Source: a bacterium (GTDB lineage Bacteria > Patescibacteriota > Minisyncoccia > Phycocordibacterales > UBA5272). From it: a stretch of DNA of 64,000 bases. Of this stretch, positions 47,469-55,875 are shown one piece after another (within the stretch, counting starts at the first letter, position 1; each line of letters starts with the position of its first letter). The DNA lies in NCBI GenBank assembly GCA_023267535.1, contig JAHFNC010000004.1, positions 3,757 through 67,756 of the forward strand. The letters run 5' to 3'. The notes under the pieces are model-generated. The model had not been told where the DNA came from. It worked only from the letters and a program-made list of their open reading frames with translations, and searched no databases. The position numbers and the translations under genes are program-made.

Positions 47469-48821
47469 ATGCTCAATAAATTAAAAAATATTTTTAATGA
47501 TAAAAAAATAGTTGTCAGATTCGCTCCGTCACCAACAGGTCTTCTTCACCTCGGTAATTATAGAACAGCTGTTTTTGCTTATCTATATGCTAGAAAAAAT
47601 GGTGGTAAATTTATTTTGAGAATAGAAGATACAGACAGAGAAAGAAGCAAAAAAGAATACGAAGAAAACATAATAGAAAGTTTAAAATGGCTTAACATTG
47701 ATTACGATAATTTTTATCGTCAAAGTGAAAATTTAACTTCACACACCAAACATTTAAAAAAATTAATTGAAGAAGGTAAAGCTTTTATTTCAAAAGAAGA
47801 AGCAAAAGACGGTAGCGGTATTATGCGCGAATTGGTCCGATTTAAAAATCCAAACAAGGATGTAATCTTTAATGATATTATTCGTGGAGAAATAAAAACA
47901 AATACGACTGATCTTGGAGATTTTGTTATTGCTAAGTCAATAACTGAACCATTATTTCATTTAGCGGTTGTGGTTGATGATTACGAAGAAGGCGTGACCC
48001 ATATTTTAAGAGGAGAAGACCATATACCAAATACTCCTCGCCAAATTTTAATTCAGGAGGCACTTGGTTTTCCACATCCAACGTATGCACATTTACCACT
48101 TGTTTTATCGGAAGACAGAACAAAGCTATCAAAAAGAAAAGGAGCATTGCCTGTAACAGCTTATAGAGATATTGGATATTTACCCGAAGCTCTTATAAAC
48201 TTTATGGCTTTTATTGGATGGAATCCAGGAGGAGAAAAAGAAATTTTTTCAAAAGAAGAATTGGTTAAAATTTTTGATTTATCTGACATACAAAAAGGTG
48301 GAGCAATCTTCAATGAAGAAAAATTAAAATGGATGAATAAAGAACATTTAAAAAAAGAATCTAAAGATAAACAGTTTTCAAATATAAAAAAGTTTTTAAG
48401 TGAATATGATGACGGAATTATTAAAAGAGCACAAGACACAATAATAGAAAGAATTTCTTATTACGGTGAAATTGATTTGATAAAAGAAAATGAATTTGAG
48501 TTCTTAATAAAAAGACCAAAAATAACAGGGGACAAACTTGTTTGGAAAACATCAAACAAAGAAAAAACTATAGCTAACTTAATAGGGGTATTGGACGTAC
48601 TATCTAAAACATCTCTTGAATCAATTGATTCAATCAAAAATAATCTTATGCCATATGCCGAAAAGAACGGTAAAGGAGATGTTCTTTGGCCACTTCGTTT
48701 TGCATTGTCAGGACAAGATAAATCTATGGATCCATTTACCATTTGTTATATTCTTCAGTCTGTTGAAGCAAAAGAAAGAATAGAGAACGCAATAAAACTT
48801 CTTAATCAAACAACAATGTAA
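47469..48821 (+). CDS. gltX: Glutamyl-tRNA synthetase
   Basis: RFAPSPTGLLHLGNYRTAVFAY (HIGH), KLSKRKG (KMSKS). Confidence 0.9.
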   Translation: MLNKLKNIFNDKKIVVRFAPSPTGLLHLGNYRTAVFAYLYARKNGGKFILRIEDTDRERSKKEYEENIIESLKWLNIDYDNFYRQSENLTSHTKHLKKLIEEGKAFISKEEAKDGSGIMRELVRFKNPNKDVIFNDIIRGEIKTNTTDLGDFVIAKSITEPLFHLAVVVDDYEEGVTHILRGEDHIPNTPRQILIQEALGFPHPTYAHLPLVLSEDRTKLSKRKGALPVTAYRDIGYLPEALINFMAFIGWNPGGEKEIFSKEELVKIFDLSDIQKGGAIFNEEKLKWMNKEHLKKESKDKQFSNIKKFLSEYDDGIIKRAQDTIIERISYYGEIDLIKENEFEFLIKRPKITGDKLVWKTSNKEKTIANLIGVLDVLSKTSLESIDSIKNNLMPYAEKNGKGDVLWPLRFALSGQDKSMDPFTICYILQSVEAKERIENAIKLLNQTTM

Positions 48822-48824
48822 TAC

Positions 48825-50120
48825 ATGAAGATGAGCTCTTTTCAAAAATCAATATTTTTATTTGTGACATCATTTTTTTTGATGGCTAATGTCTATGGAG
48901 CAACAGTAGATGAAATGAAAGCAAGCATCGATGATATAACTCAAAAAATACAAACTCTTGATAAAGAAATAGCTCAGTACAATAAACAAATAAGCCAAAC
49001 TCAAGGACAAGCTAAGACGTTGAAACAAGCGATTACTAATCTAGAAGTTAGGCGTGCTGCTTTACTTAAGGAAATAGATAAGACTAAATTAAATATTACT
49101 AAAACTGAAGATGATATATCTAAAACACAATCAAAAATTTCTGTAACTCAACAAAAAATAAATAATAACAATCTTTCGTTGGCTGAAATTATAAGGGGAA
49201 TTAATCAACAGGAAAATTCAGCCCCACCTATGCTGGGAATACTAGAAAAGAACAGTAGTATTTCTTCTGCTTTAGATGTTGTTAAAAGAAGCACTGATGT
49301 AAGTAATGCCGTAAATGAAAAAATTAGAAATCTACAGGATGCTAAAGTTGATTTAAGCAACACTAAACAAGAATTTGAGGTGCATAAGAAACAGCTTATT
49401 GACCTTAATAAAAATCTTTCTGACCAAAAACAATTAGTTGAACAAACTAAAGCTGATAAGAATCAATTGCTTTCTGAAACTAAAAATAAAGAAAGCGAAT
49501 ACCAAAAACTTTTAGCCGACAGAAAACAAAAGAAGGATCAAATGGAATCTGAATTAGGAGACATCGAATCGAAATTAACAGCTGCTGTTGATTTAAGTAA
49601 ACTTCCATCCTATGGAAGTGGAGCTCTTCATTATCCTGTTGATGTTGTAAAAATTACCCAGTACTTCGGTAACACTCCATTTGCTACCAAGAACCCACAA
49701 GTATATAACGGTATGGGACATAACGGTGTAGATTTTGGAACACATGTCGGAACCGTTGTGTATTCCGCAGCCGATGGCATTGTAGCTGGTACAGGAAACA
49801 CAGACGCTGGTTGTGTTGGCGTATCTTATGGAAAATGGGTTCTAATCCGTCACAACAACGGATTGTCTACTTTATACGCTCACTTATCAGTTATAGATGT
49901 AACAGCAGGTCAATCGGTTACAACGCATCAAAGAATTGCGCTATCTGGCAATACTGGTTACAGTACTGGTCCTCATGTTCACTTTACGGTATACGCTTCT
50001 TCAGCTGTTCATATAACAAGTCCAACAGAATATAAAAGTAAAGTTTGTGGAACTTATATGATAATGCCTATTGCTCCACGAGATGCTTACCTTAATCCTT
50101 TAACTTATTTGCCTCAATAG
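48825..50120 (+). CDS. M23 family metallopeptidase with N-terminal coiled coil (EnvC-like)
   Basis: Signal peptide, long coiled coil, C-terminal HNGVDFG ... H.H M23 motifs. Confidence 0.85.
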   Translation: MKMSSFQKSIFLFVTSFFLMANVYGATVDEMKASIDDITQKIQTLDKEIAQYNKQISQTQGQAKTLKQAITNLEVRRAALLKEIDKTKLNITKTEDDISKTQSKISVTQQKINNNNLSLAEIIRGINQQENSAPPMLGILEKNSSISSALDVVKRSTDVSNAVNEKIRNLQDAKVDLSNTKQEFEVHKKQLIDLNKNLSDQKQLVEQTKADKNQLLSETKNKESEYQKLLADRKQKKDQMESELGDIESKLTAAVDLSKLPSYGSGALHYPVDVVKITQYFGNTPFATKNPQVYNGMGHNGVDFGTHVGTVVYSAADGIVAGTGNTDAGCVGVSYGKWVLIRHNNGLSTLYAHLSVIDVTAGQSVTTHQRIALSGNTGYSTGPHVHFTVYASSAVHITSPTEYKSKVCGTYMIMPIAPRDAYLNPLTYLPQ

Positions 50121-50289
50121 TAAGGGGATACATACTACCGAGATTATGATAACTTTTACTATTCCGGCCTTCATATTGATAATTCTTACAGTTCTCATTA
50201 TAGGAACAATAACTGGCGCTTTGTTTATCTTGAAAAAATAAAATCATAACTAGTAAGATAACCTAAAATGATACATAATAACGCTTTTT

Positions 50290-50410
50290 ATTATATAGAG
50301 TCGTAAAGTACCGTTGTAAGACATTTTAGGGATCTTAATGTCTTACAACGGCTACAATCTTTTACGACAATACATAATAAGAGTTTTTGTTATGTATTGT
50401 CGTAAAAGAT
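50290..50410. other. Hairpin-dense structured intergenic element (candidate small RNA or miniature repeat element)
   Basis: About 26-bp imperfect stem gtcgtaaagtaccgttgtaagacatt / aatgtcttacaacggctacaatcttttacgac with 11-nt loop; adjacent perfect 13-bp stem cgacaatacataa / ttatgtattgtcg; tcttttacgac (50358-50368) perfectly complementary to gtcgtaaaaga (50399-50409), which gives mutually exclusive pairings. Confidence 0.4.
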
Positions 50411-50543
50411 ATATTGTGCGACATTGCCTATATAAATCCCCCGATACGAAAACCTTGAAAACTAGACAACTTTACTTAGCGTCATAAATAACATTTTAAA
50501 ATAATTTACAAACAAGCTTTCTCTTACCCTTTCAATCGTCAGA

Positions 50544-51305
50544 CTAATTACTAGAATTCTGATTCCTCCATTCATATAACACCACCGCCGTTGCTACTGA
50601 CGCATTCAAAGACTCACACAATGGATTTGTTTTGATTGATATCTTAAAATCACACATTTCAAGTGTTTTAAGTCTTATACCAGACCCCTCTTTACCTATA
50701 ACCAAAACTGTAGGACTATCAAATTTTGTTTTATTTAATTCTGTGTCACCGTCGCCAGCTAAACCATAAATCCAAAATTGTTTTTCCTTTAACTTTTCAA
50801 GTGTATTGTTTATATTTCCAATTCTGACAATTGGTATAGCAAAGTTCATGCCAGAAGCTGTCTTGATTACCGTTGTAGTTACTTGTGTTTGATCATGCTC
50901 AGGCATAAGAATTGCATCGGCTCCGAAAGCGACAGCACTACGAATTATAGCTCCGACATTATGAGGATCTTCTAATTCATCAAGCAACACGAAAAGTGGA
51001 TTACCCTCTTTGGTTTTTATTTTTTCTAAAATAAAATCTAAATCTGAATACAAAGATTTATTGTTAAGTAATGCACACACACCTTGGTGTAAAACTTCTT
51101 TCCCTGACATACTTTCTATCTCACTTCCTGTAACTACTTCATAAGAAATTTTATTACTCTGAACAAGGCTAATTATTTCTGGATTACTCTCTGATTGTTT
51201 GGTTAGATATAATTTTTCTATTATATGACTATTATCTCGCTTTTGAGCAAAAATAGCCTCTTTTAAAGGGTTTTTGCCACATAAATAGACTTTATTGGTG
51301 TTCAT
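50544..51305 (-). CDS. rlmB: SpoU/TrmH-family rRNA 2'-O-methyltransferase (RlmB-like)
   Basis: 253 aa; N-terminal substrate-binding domain plus SpoU methylase motifs. Confidence 0.8.
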   Translation of the reverse strand: MNTNKVYLCGKNPLKEAIFAQKRDNSHIIEKLYLTKQSESNPEIISLVQSNKISYEVVTGSEIESMSGKEVLHQGVCALLNNKSLYSDLDFILEKIKTKEGNPLFVLLDELEDPHNVGAIIRSAVAFGADAILMPEHDQTQVTTTVIKTASGMNFAIPIVRIGNINNTLEKLKEKQFWIYGLAGDGDTELNKTKFDSPTVLVIGKEGSGIRLKTLEMCDFKISIKTNPLCESLNASVATAVVLYEWRNQNSSN

Positions 51306-51321
51306 AGTGTGGATATTATAA

Positions 51322-51352
51322 CAAAAAATCCCCTATTTTGGGGATTTTTATA
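51322..51352. terminator. Rho-independent terminator
   Basis: aaatcccc-tatttt-ggggattt hairpin with flanking A/T runs. Confidence 0.7.
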
Positions 51353-51365
51353 TTGTTTTGAAAAT

Positions 51366-51782
51366 TTATCTGAATTGAGGTGTGGTGGTTGCTGTATTTG
51401 TTTTTGGTTTTGTCTGCTTTACAGTTTTACTTTTTACGCTTACCTCTGCTTTTTTTGATTCTACTTTTTTAGCGATTACAGATTTTTTAACCTCTCCGTT
51501 CCCACGAATAGCTGTTGACGATGCTTTCATTTCAACATTCTTTTTAGTCTCTGCTATTTTTTCTGTTGAAGTAGCACTTCCTTTCCATTTTATGGTGCTT
51601 GTAGCAACTGGATGAAAAGCTTTCACTACTGGTTTTTTAATTTCTTTTTTTACTTCCTTCTTATTCTTAACTATCGTACTGCCTGTATTTTGTCCGAGAG
51701 TCTGTGCGAAAGAAGATAAAGGGAACAAAGCTAGCGTTCCAACTATAATTGATGTTTGAATTATTTTTTTCTTACTAATCAT
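51366..51782 (-). CDS. secreted Lys/Thr/Val-rich low-complexity protein
   Basis: 138 aa; signal peptide; KKxxKK repeats. Confidence 0.45.
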   Translation of the reverse strand: MISKKKIIQTSIIVGTLALFPLSSFAQTLGQNTGSTIVKNKKEVKKEIKKPVVKAFHPVATSTIKWKGSATSTEKIAETKKNVEMKASSTAIRGNGEVKKSVIAKKVESKKAEVSVKSKTVKQTKPKTNTATTTPQFR

Positions 51783-51910
51783 AAATTTACAAATTTGCGT
51801 TTGTTATTAACTATTAAATACATTAGCAGGGACTACAAAAATTGTGGCCTAAGACCCGCTTATTTAATAATATATGAAAAATGGCTTTTTTATTGCAGTT
51901 ATCCCCAAAT

Positions 51911-52759
51911 TTAAACAATATATAGATCTTGATTAAAAGCACCAAGCCCAACGTTTTTACCGCCACCGTTTAAGATGGTTTCAAACGGGCGACAAAAGAT
52001 ACAACCCTCTTCTCCTCTTGGACAATTAAATCCTCCTCCTGTAACCCCCTTTTCTCTTGCTTCTTTTACCTTAATGGCAACTTCCATAACATCTCTACGC
52101 GCTTCATCTTTATCTGGTAATTCTTTTTCAACAATCTTATCGCTATCTAAATACCAATATGAAGCCTTAGACACTTTTCTTTTTTGTAAAGCATTACACA
52201 ATAAAAGGTATATAGGTAACTGTAATGATTTTTCATTTTCTTCATTCTTTCCAGTTTTAAAATCAATTATATGAAGAGAGTCTGTTTTTGGTAAATATTC
52301 TATCCAGTCTATAAGACCATTTAATATTAAATTATCATCTTCGCTTAAATAAAAATTAGGATTCATTTTTTCTTGCGGAAGTTTTATTATTTTATTTCCT
52401 AAAAATCTTGGATTATTAATTACTGTTTTTATCATTTCAATACCTCTCTTTTTATAATCTTCCTCTTCTTCTTTTGATTTGAATCCACCTTTCTCGCCAG
52501 TTACTTTTTCCCATTCTTTTTCGAAATCATCTAACAAATTACGATTCAAACGAACATCTGACGGGAATTTTGCTAACCCTTCAAGCACTTCGTGCACTGC
52601 CACACCTAAAGATAAGGCAGGGGTAACTATATTCATCTTTCTTCCAGTTTTAGGATCTTTGTAAATATTTCGTAAATAATAAAGACGAGGACATTTAAGA
52701 AAATCCCCCATCGATGAGTGTGACACCCAAACTGCTTTATATTTATCAGGTAAAGCCAT
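51911..52759 (-). CDS. Cas4/RecB-like PD-(D/E)xK exonuclease with 4Fe-4S cluster ligands (stand-alone)
   Basis: 282 aa; one N-terminal Cys (FLKCPRLYY) and three C-terminal Cys (CPRGEEGCIFC); LHIIDFKTGK D.K motif; VHEVLE acidic motif. Confidence 0.7.
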   Translation of the reverse strand: MALPDKYKAVWVSHSSMGDFLKCPRLYYLRNIYKDPKTGRKMNIVTPALSLGVAVHEVLEGLAKFPSDVRLNRNLLDDFEKEWEKVTGEKGGFKSKEEEEDYKKRGIEMIKTVINNPRFLGNKIIKLPQEKMNPNFYLSEDDNLILNGLIDWIEYLPKTDSLHIIDFKTGKNEENEKSLQLPIYLLLCNALQKRKVSKASYWYLDSDKIVEKELPDKDEARRDVMEVAIKVKEAREKGVTGGGFNCPRGEEGCIFCRPFETILNGGGKNVGLGAFNQDLYIV

Positions 52760-52782
52760 TATAATTTGTATTTTAACATGAA

Positions 52783-53484
52783 CTAGAAAAAGGCTTCTGT
52801 ATAAATGTTTTCTTCAGAAATACCACCGTCCCTTAATCCCTTCCACATTTCACGAACAAAAGAAATTGACCCACAAATAAAAAATTCTTTATTTCTAATT
52901 TCGTTATTAATATGATTAATAATTTCTTTAGCATCTATCCTTCCCTTTATAAAAAAATTATCTAAATCACTCTCTTGTGTAATAAAATATTTAACCATAA
53001 AGTTATTATGTGAAGATGAAAAATAATCAAATTCATTTTTAAAAACAATATCTGAAATATTTTTATTACTATAAAATAAATACATATTTCTTTTAGAATT
53101 ATTATTTAAATGATGTGTAATCTGGCTTTTAAAAGGAGTGATTCCCATGCCTCCTGCTACAAATACTAAATCTGTTTCTTTATTTTCTGTATAAAAAAAT
53201 CCATACGGATTGGAAGAAACAACTTCGTCTCCAATTTTTAAATCATTCAATTTAGAAGAAAATTCTCCTACTTTTTTTATTGTTATGCTAAATGTATTAT
53301 CATCAATTTTATCTGACACACTATATGCTTTCCCCTCTTTGATTTCTGTGTCTGGAAAAAAAATAGTAATAAACTGCCCGGGAATAAAAGAGGTTTTTTC
53401 TTGACTATATAATTTAAGAGTAAAAATATTATTACCCCTATCTTCTTTATCTATTACTTTTAACTTTGTTTTATTTCCTTCCAT
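52783..53484 (-). CDS. Ferredoxin-NADP reductase-like flavoprotein (FAD/NAD(P)-binding oxidoreductase)
   Basis: 233 aa; FAD motif KAYSVS (RxYS-like), NAD motif GGMGITP. Confidence 0.7.
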   Translation of the reverse strand: MEGNKTKLKVIDKEDRGNNIFTLKLYSQEKTSFIPGQFITIFFPDTEIKEGKAYSVSDKIDDNTFSITIKKVGEFSSKLNDLKIGDEVVSSNPYGFFYTENKETDLVFVAGGMGITPFKSQITHHLNNNSKRNMYLFYSNKNISDIVFKNEFDYFSSSHNNFMVKYFITQESDLDNFFIKGRIDAKEIINHINNEIRNKEFFICGSISFVREMWKGLRDGGISEENIYTEAFF

Positions 53485-53905
53485 AATTTTCTTCGTAATC
53501 TTTTATTGCTTCACGTAATGCCAAATGACCAAGTACCGAGCAATGATATTTTCTATCGGGTAACCCTCCTAATCTATCAATAATAGCTTCTGGCGTAATG
53601 TGTTTAGCTTTAGAAATTTCCATACCGTCATTTTCTAATACCATTGTAGACATCATAGAAGTAGAAGCAATCGCCGAAGCACAACCAAATGTTCTCCATT
53701 TACATTCATAAATATTTTTCTTATCTTTGTCTATCTTTATCCAAACCACCATCATGTCTCCACAAGCTGGGCTTCCAACAATTCCAATACCATCGGCTTC
53801 GTAATTACTTTCATCTAAAAGAATGTTTCGCGGACTCAAAAAATGATCTTTAACAACGTCGCTGTATAACCAATTATTTACATCACAAATTTGTTTATCG
53901 TTCAT
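53471..53905 (-). CDS. iscU: Fe-S cluster assembly scaffold IscU/NifU-like
   Basis: GSPACGD ... CKWRTFGCASAIASTS ... three conserved Cys. Confidence 0.85.
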   Translation of the reverse strand: MNDKQICDVNNWLYSDVVKDHFLSPRNILLDESNYEADGIGIVGSPACGDMMVVWIKIDKDKKNIYECKWRTFGCASAIASTSMMSTMVLENDGMEISKAKHITPEAIIDRLGGLPDRKYHCSVLGHLALREAIKDYEENYGRK

Positions 53906-55214
53906 ATATTTTTAAAGTAAGAGCTGACATTTGTGTTAAATCTTCAACGATTTTAGGAAAAATATTGAGGACTCTATCTATATCTTCTTTAGTTGTATGT
54001 CGGCCAAAAGAAAATCTCAAACTTCCGTGAATAAGTTTTACATCTTGTCCGATAGCTAAAAGTACATATGATGGTTTCAAATCGTTTGAGGAACAAGCCG
54101 AACCAGTAGAAACTTCTATTCCTAAATTATCTAATTTAAGAAGCATTGACTCCCCTTCTATGTAGGGAACGGTGACATGCGTAATTGATGGAGATCTAAA
54201 TTCTAGAGGAACATTAATTAAAATATTTGGAATTAATTCCTCCAATTCCTCTACAAAATATTTTTGTAGACTTTTTAATCTTTCATATTCTTCTTTTCTA
54301 TTTTCTTGTGCTTTAGTGAGCGCTAAAGAAAATCCAAAAATATTGGCAATGCTTTCTGTCCCACTTCTTAGTCCCCTCTCCTGTCCACCACCGAAAACTA
54401 TTGGGTGTAATTTAATGTCATTTCTTTTATAAAGAAGACCAATACCAGCAGGCCCATAAATTTTAGAACTATTGATAGTCATCAAATCTACACCTAAATC
54501 TTTTACATCTAAAGAAAAAAGATTCGCCGCCTGACAAGCGTCTGTATGTATTAAAGGTTTAAATGGAGTTTCATTTTTTATTCTTTCAGATAATTCTTTT
54601 ATGGGCTGTATGGTTCCAATTTCATTGTTTACGTACATTACGGAAATTAATATTGTCTTTGTGGTAATTAGAGTTAAACATTCTTCTATTTTTATTCTGC
54701 CAAAATTATCAACTGGCATAAAGCTTATTTCAAACCCTTCTTTTTCTAATTGATTAACTGCTTCTATAATTGATTTGTGTTCAATAGAAGAAATAATTAT
54801 ATGATTCCCATTTTGACGATTAGCGCGAGCAAAACCTAAAATAGCTAAATTATTTGCTTCTGTCCCTCCGCTCGTGAAGATAATTTCATTATCGTTTGAA
54901 TTAATTATTTTTGAAATATCAATTCTTGCATTTTCAATTATTCTTTTTGCTTTTCTGCCACTAGTGTGAACAGAAGAAGGGTTGCTATAATCTAATCCAA
55001 AATACGGAAGCATTGTACGAAACACCTCTTTATCAATAGGAGTGCTTGCTGCATAATCTAAATATATTCTTCTATCAGCGACGCCAGACGAGAGAAGTGA
55101 GAAAGTATTCTTTTTCACTTCCGAGTCAAGGAGCTGAAAAGGTAAACGCTCCTTAGTAGCATCCTTGTGATTCTTATCTTGTTTAACTTTACCTGATTCC
55201 GCAATATTTAACAT
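53895..55214 (-). CDS. iscS: Cysteine desulfurase (class V aminotransferase, IscS/NifS-like)
   Basis: 439 aa; PLP-lysine region INSSKIYGPAGIG; SSVHTSG; active-site Cys near C-terminus STGSACSS. Confidence 0.85.
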   Translation of the reverse strand: MLNIAESGKVKQDKNHKDATKERLPFQLLDSEVKKNTFSLLSSGVADRRIYLDYAASTPIDKEVFRTMLPYFGLDYSNPSSVHTSGRKAKRIIENARIDISKIINSNDNEIIFTSGGTEANNLAILGFARANRQNGNHIIISSIEHKSIIEAVNQLEKEGFEISFMPVDNFGRIKIEECLTLITTKTILISVMYVNNEIGTIQPIKELSERIKNETPFKPLIHTDACQAANLFSLDVKDLGVDLMTINSSKIYGPAGIGLLYKRNDIKLHPIVFGGGQERGLRSGTESIANIFGFSLALTKAQENRKEEYERLKSLQKYFVEELEELIPNILINVPLEFRSPSITHVTVPYIEGESMLLKLDNLGIEVSTGSACSSNDLKPSYVLLAIGQDVKLIHGSLRFSFGRHTTKEDIDRVLNIFPKIVEDLTQMSALTLKIYER

Positions 55215-55875
55215 AATTTTGTAATCCCTTTTGAAAGGATGTTAATTCTTCTTCTGAGTAAGTAATCTTATTTTTAAATTGTGGGTTTAGAATTTTAGTT
55301 GAAACAAATTTTTGTAAATAATATTTTTTTGCACCCCTTATTTCTTCCCCTATTTCTAAAACATCAGATTCCGATACTAAAGATTTAATAAGAGTTGTTC
55401 TAAATTCATAATCTATAGGCGATGACAAAAGTAAATCAATACTTTGTCGTATTTTCTCGATATCGACCGGACGAGAAACAGTTTGGCTATATTTTGAAAG
55501 TGGAGATTTTATATCCATAGCAATATAATCAACAACACCTTCACTTATAGCTTTTTTAAGAACACTCGGATTTGTACCGTTTGAATCAAGCTTTACCAAA
55601 AATCCTAATTCTTTTATTTTTTTAATAAATGAAATTAAATCATTGTGCATTGTCGGTTCACCGCCGGTTATAACCACACCATCTAACAACCCAACTCTCG
55701 TTTTTAAAAAATCCATTACTTCTTCTTCGTTTATTCTAGTTTCCACTGTCTCATCGACCAATTCTGGATTATGACAATAAGGACAACGGAAGTTACATCC
55801 AATGGTGTATAAAATACAAGCTGTTTTTCCTGGATAATCAATTAGAGTAAATTTTTCTAATCCTCCGAATATCAT
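55189..55875 (-). CDS. nrdG: Anaerobic ribonucleoside-triphosphate reductase activating protein (radical SAM)
   Basis: CNFRCPYCHNPE radical-SAM CxxxCxxC motif; 4-nt overlap with nrdD. Confidence 0.85.
   Translation of the reverse strand: MIFGGLEKFTLIDYPGKTACILYTIGCNFRCPYCHNPELVDETVETRINEEEVMDFLKTRVGLLDGVVITGGEPTMHNDLISFIKKIKELGFLVKLDSNGTNPSVLKKAISEGVVDYIAMDIKSPLSKYSQTVSRPVDIEKIRQSIDLLLSSPIDYEFRTTLIKSLVSESDVLEIGEEIRGAKKYYLQKFVSTKILNPQFKNKITYSEEELTSFQKGLQNYVKYCGIR

Noticed and set aside
50146-50241. 31-aa hydrophobic mini-ORF (MITFTIPAFILIILTVLIIGTITGALFILKK) after the M23 peptidase gene
   Set aside because: Too short to call. No RBS, no conservation evidence. Could be a real small membrane peptide but is unsupported.
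50365-50402. dif (XerCD) site candidate: cgacaatacataa-N12-ttatgtattgtcg resembles the CATAA...TTATG inner arms of dif
   Set aside because: The central spacer is 12 nt rather than the obligatory 6 nt, and the outer arm sequences do not match known XerC/XerD half-sites. Treated as part of the hairpin-rich element instead.
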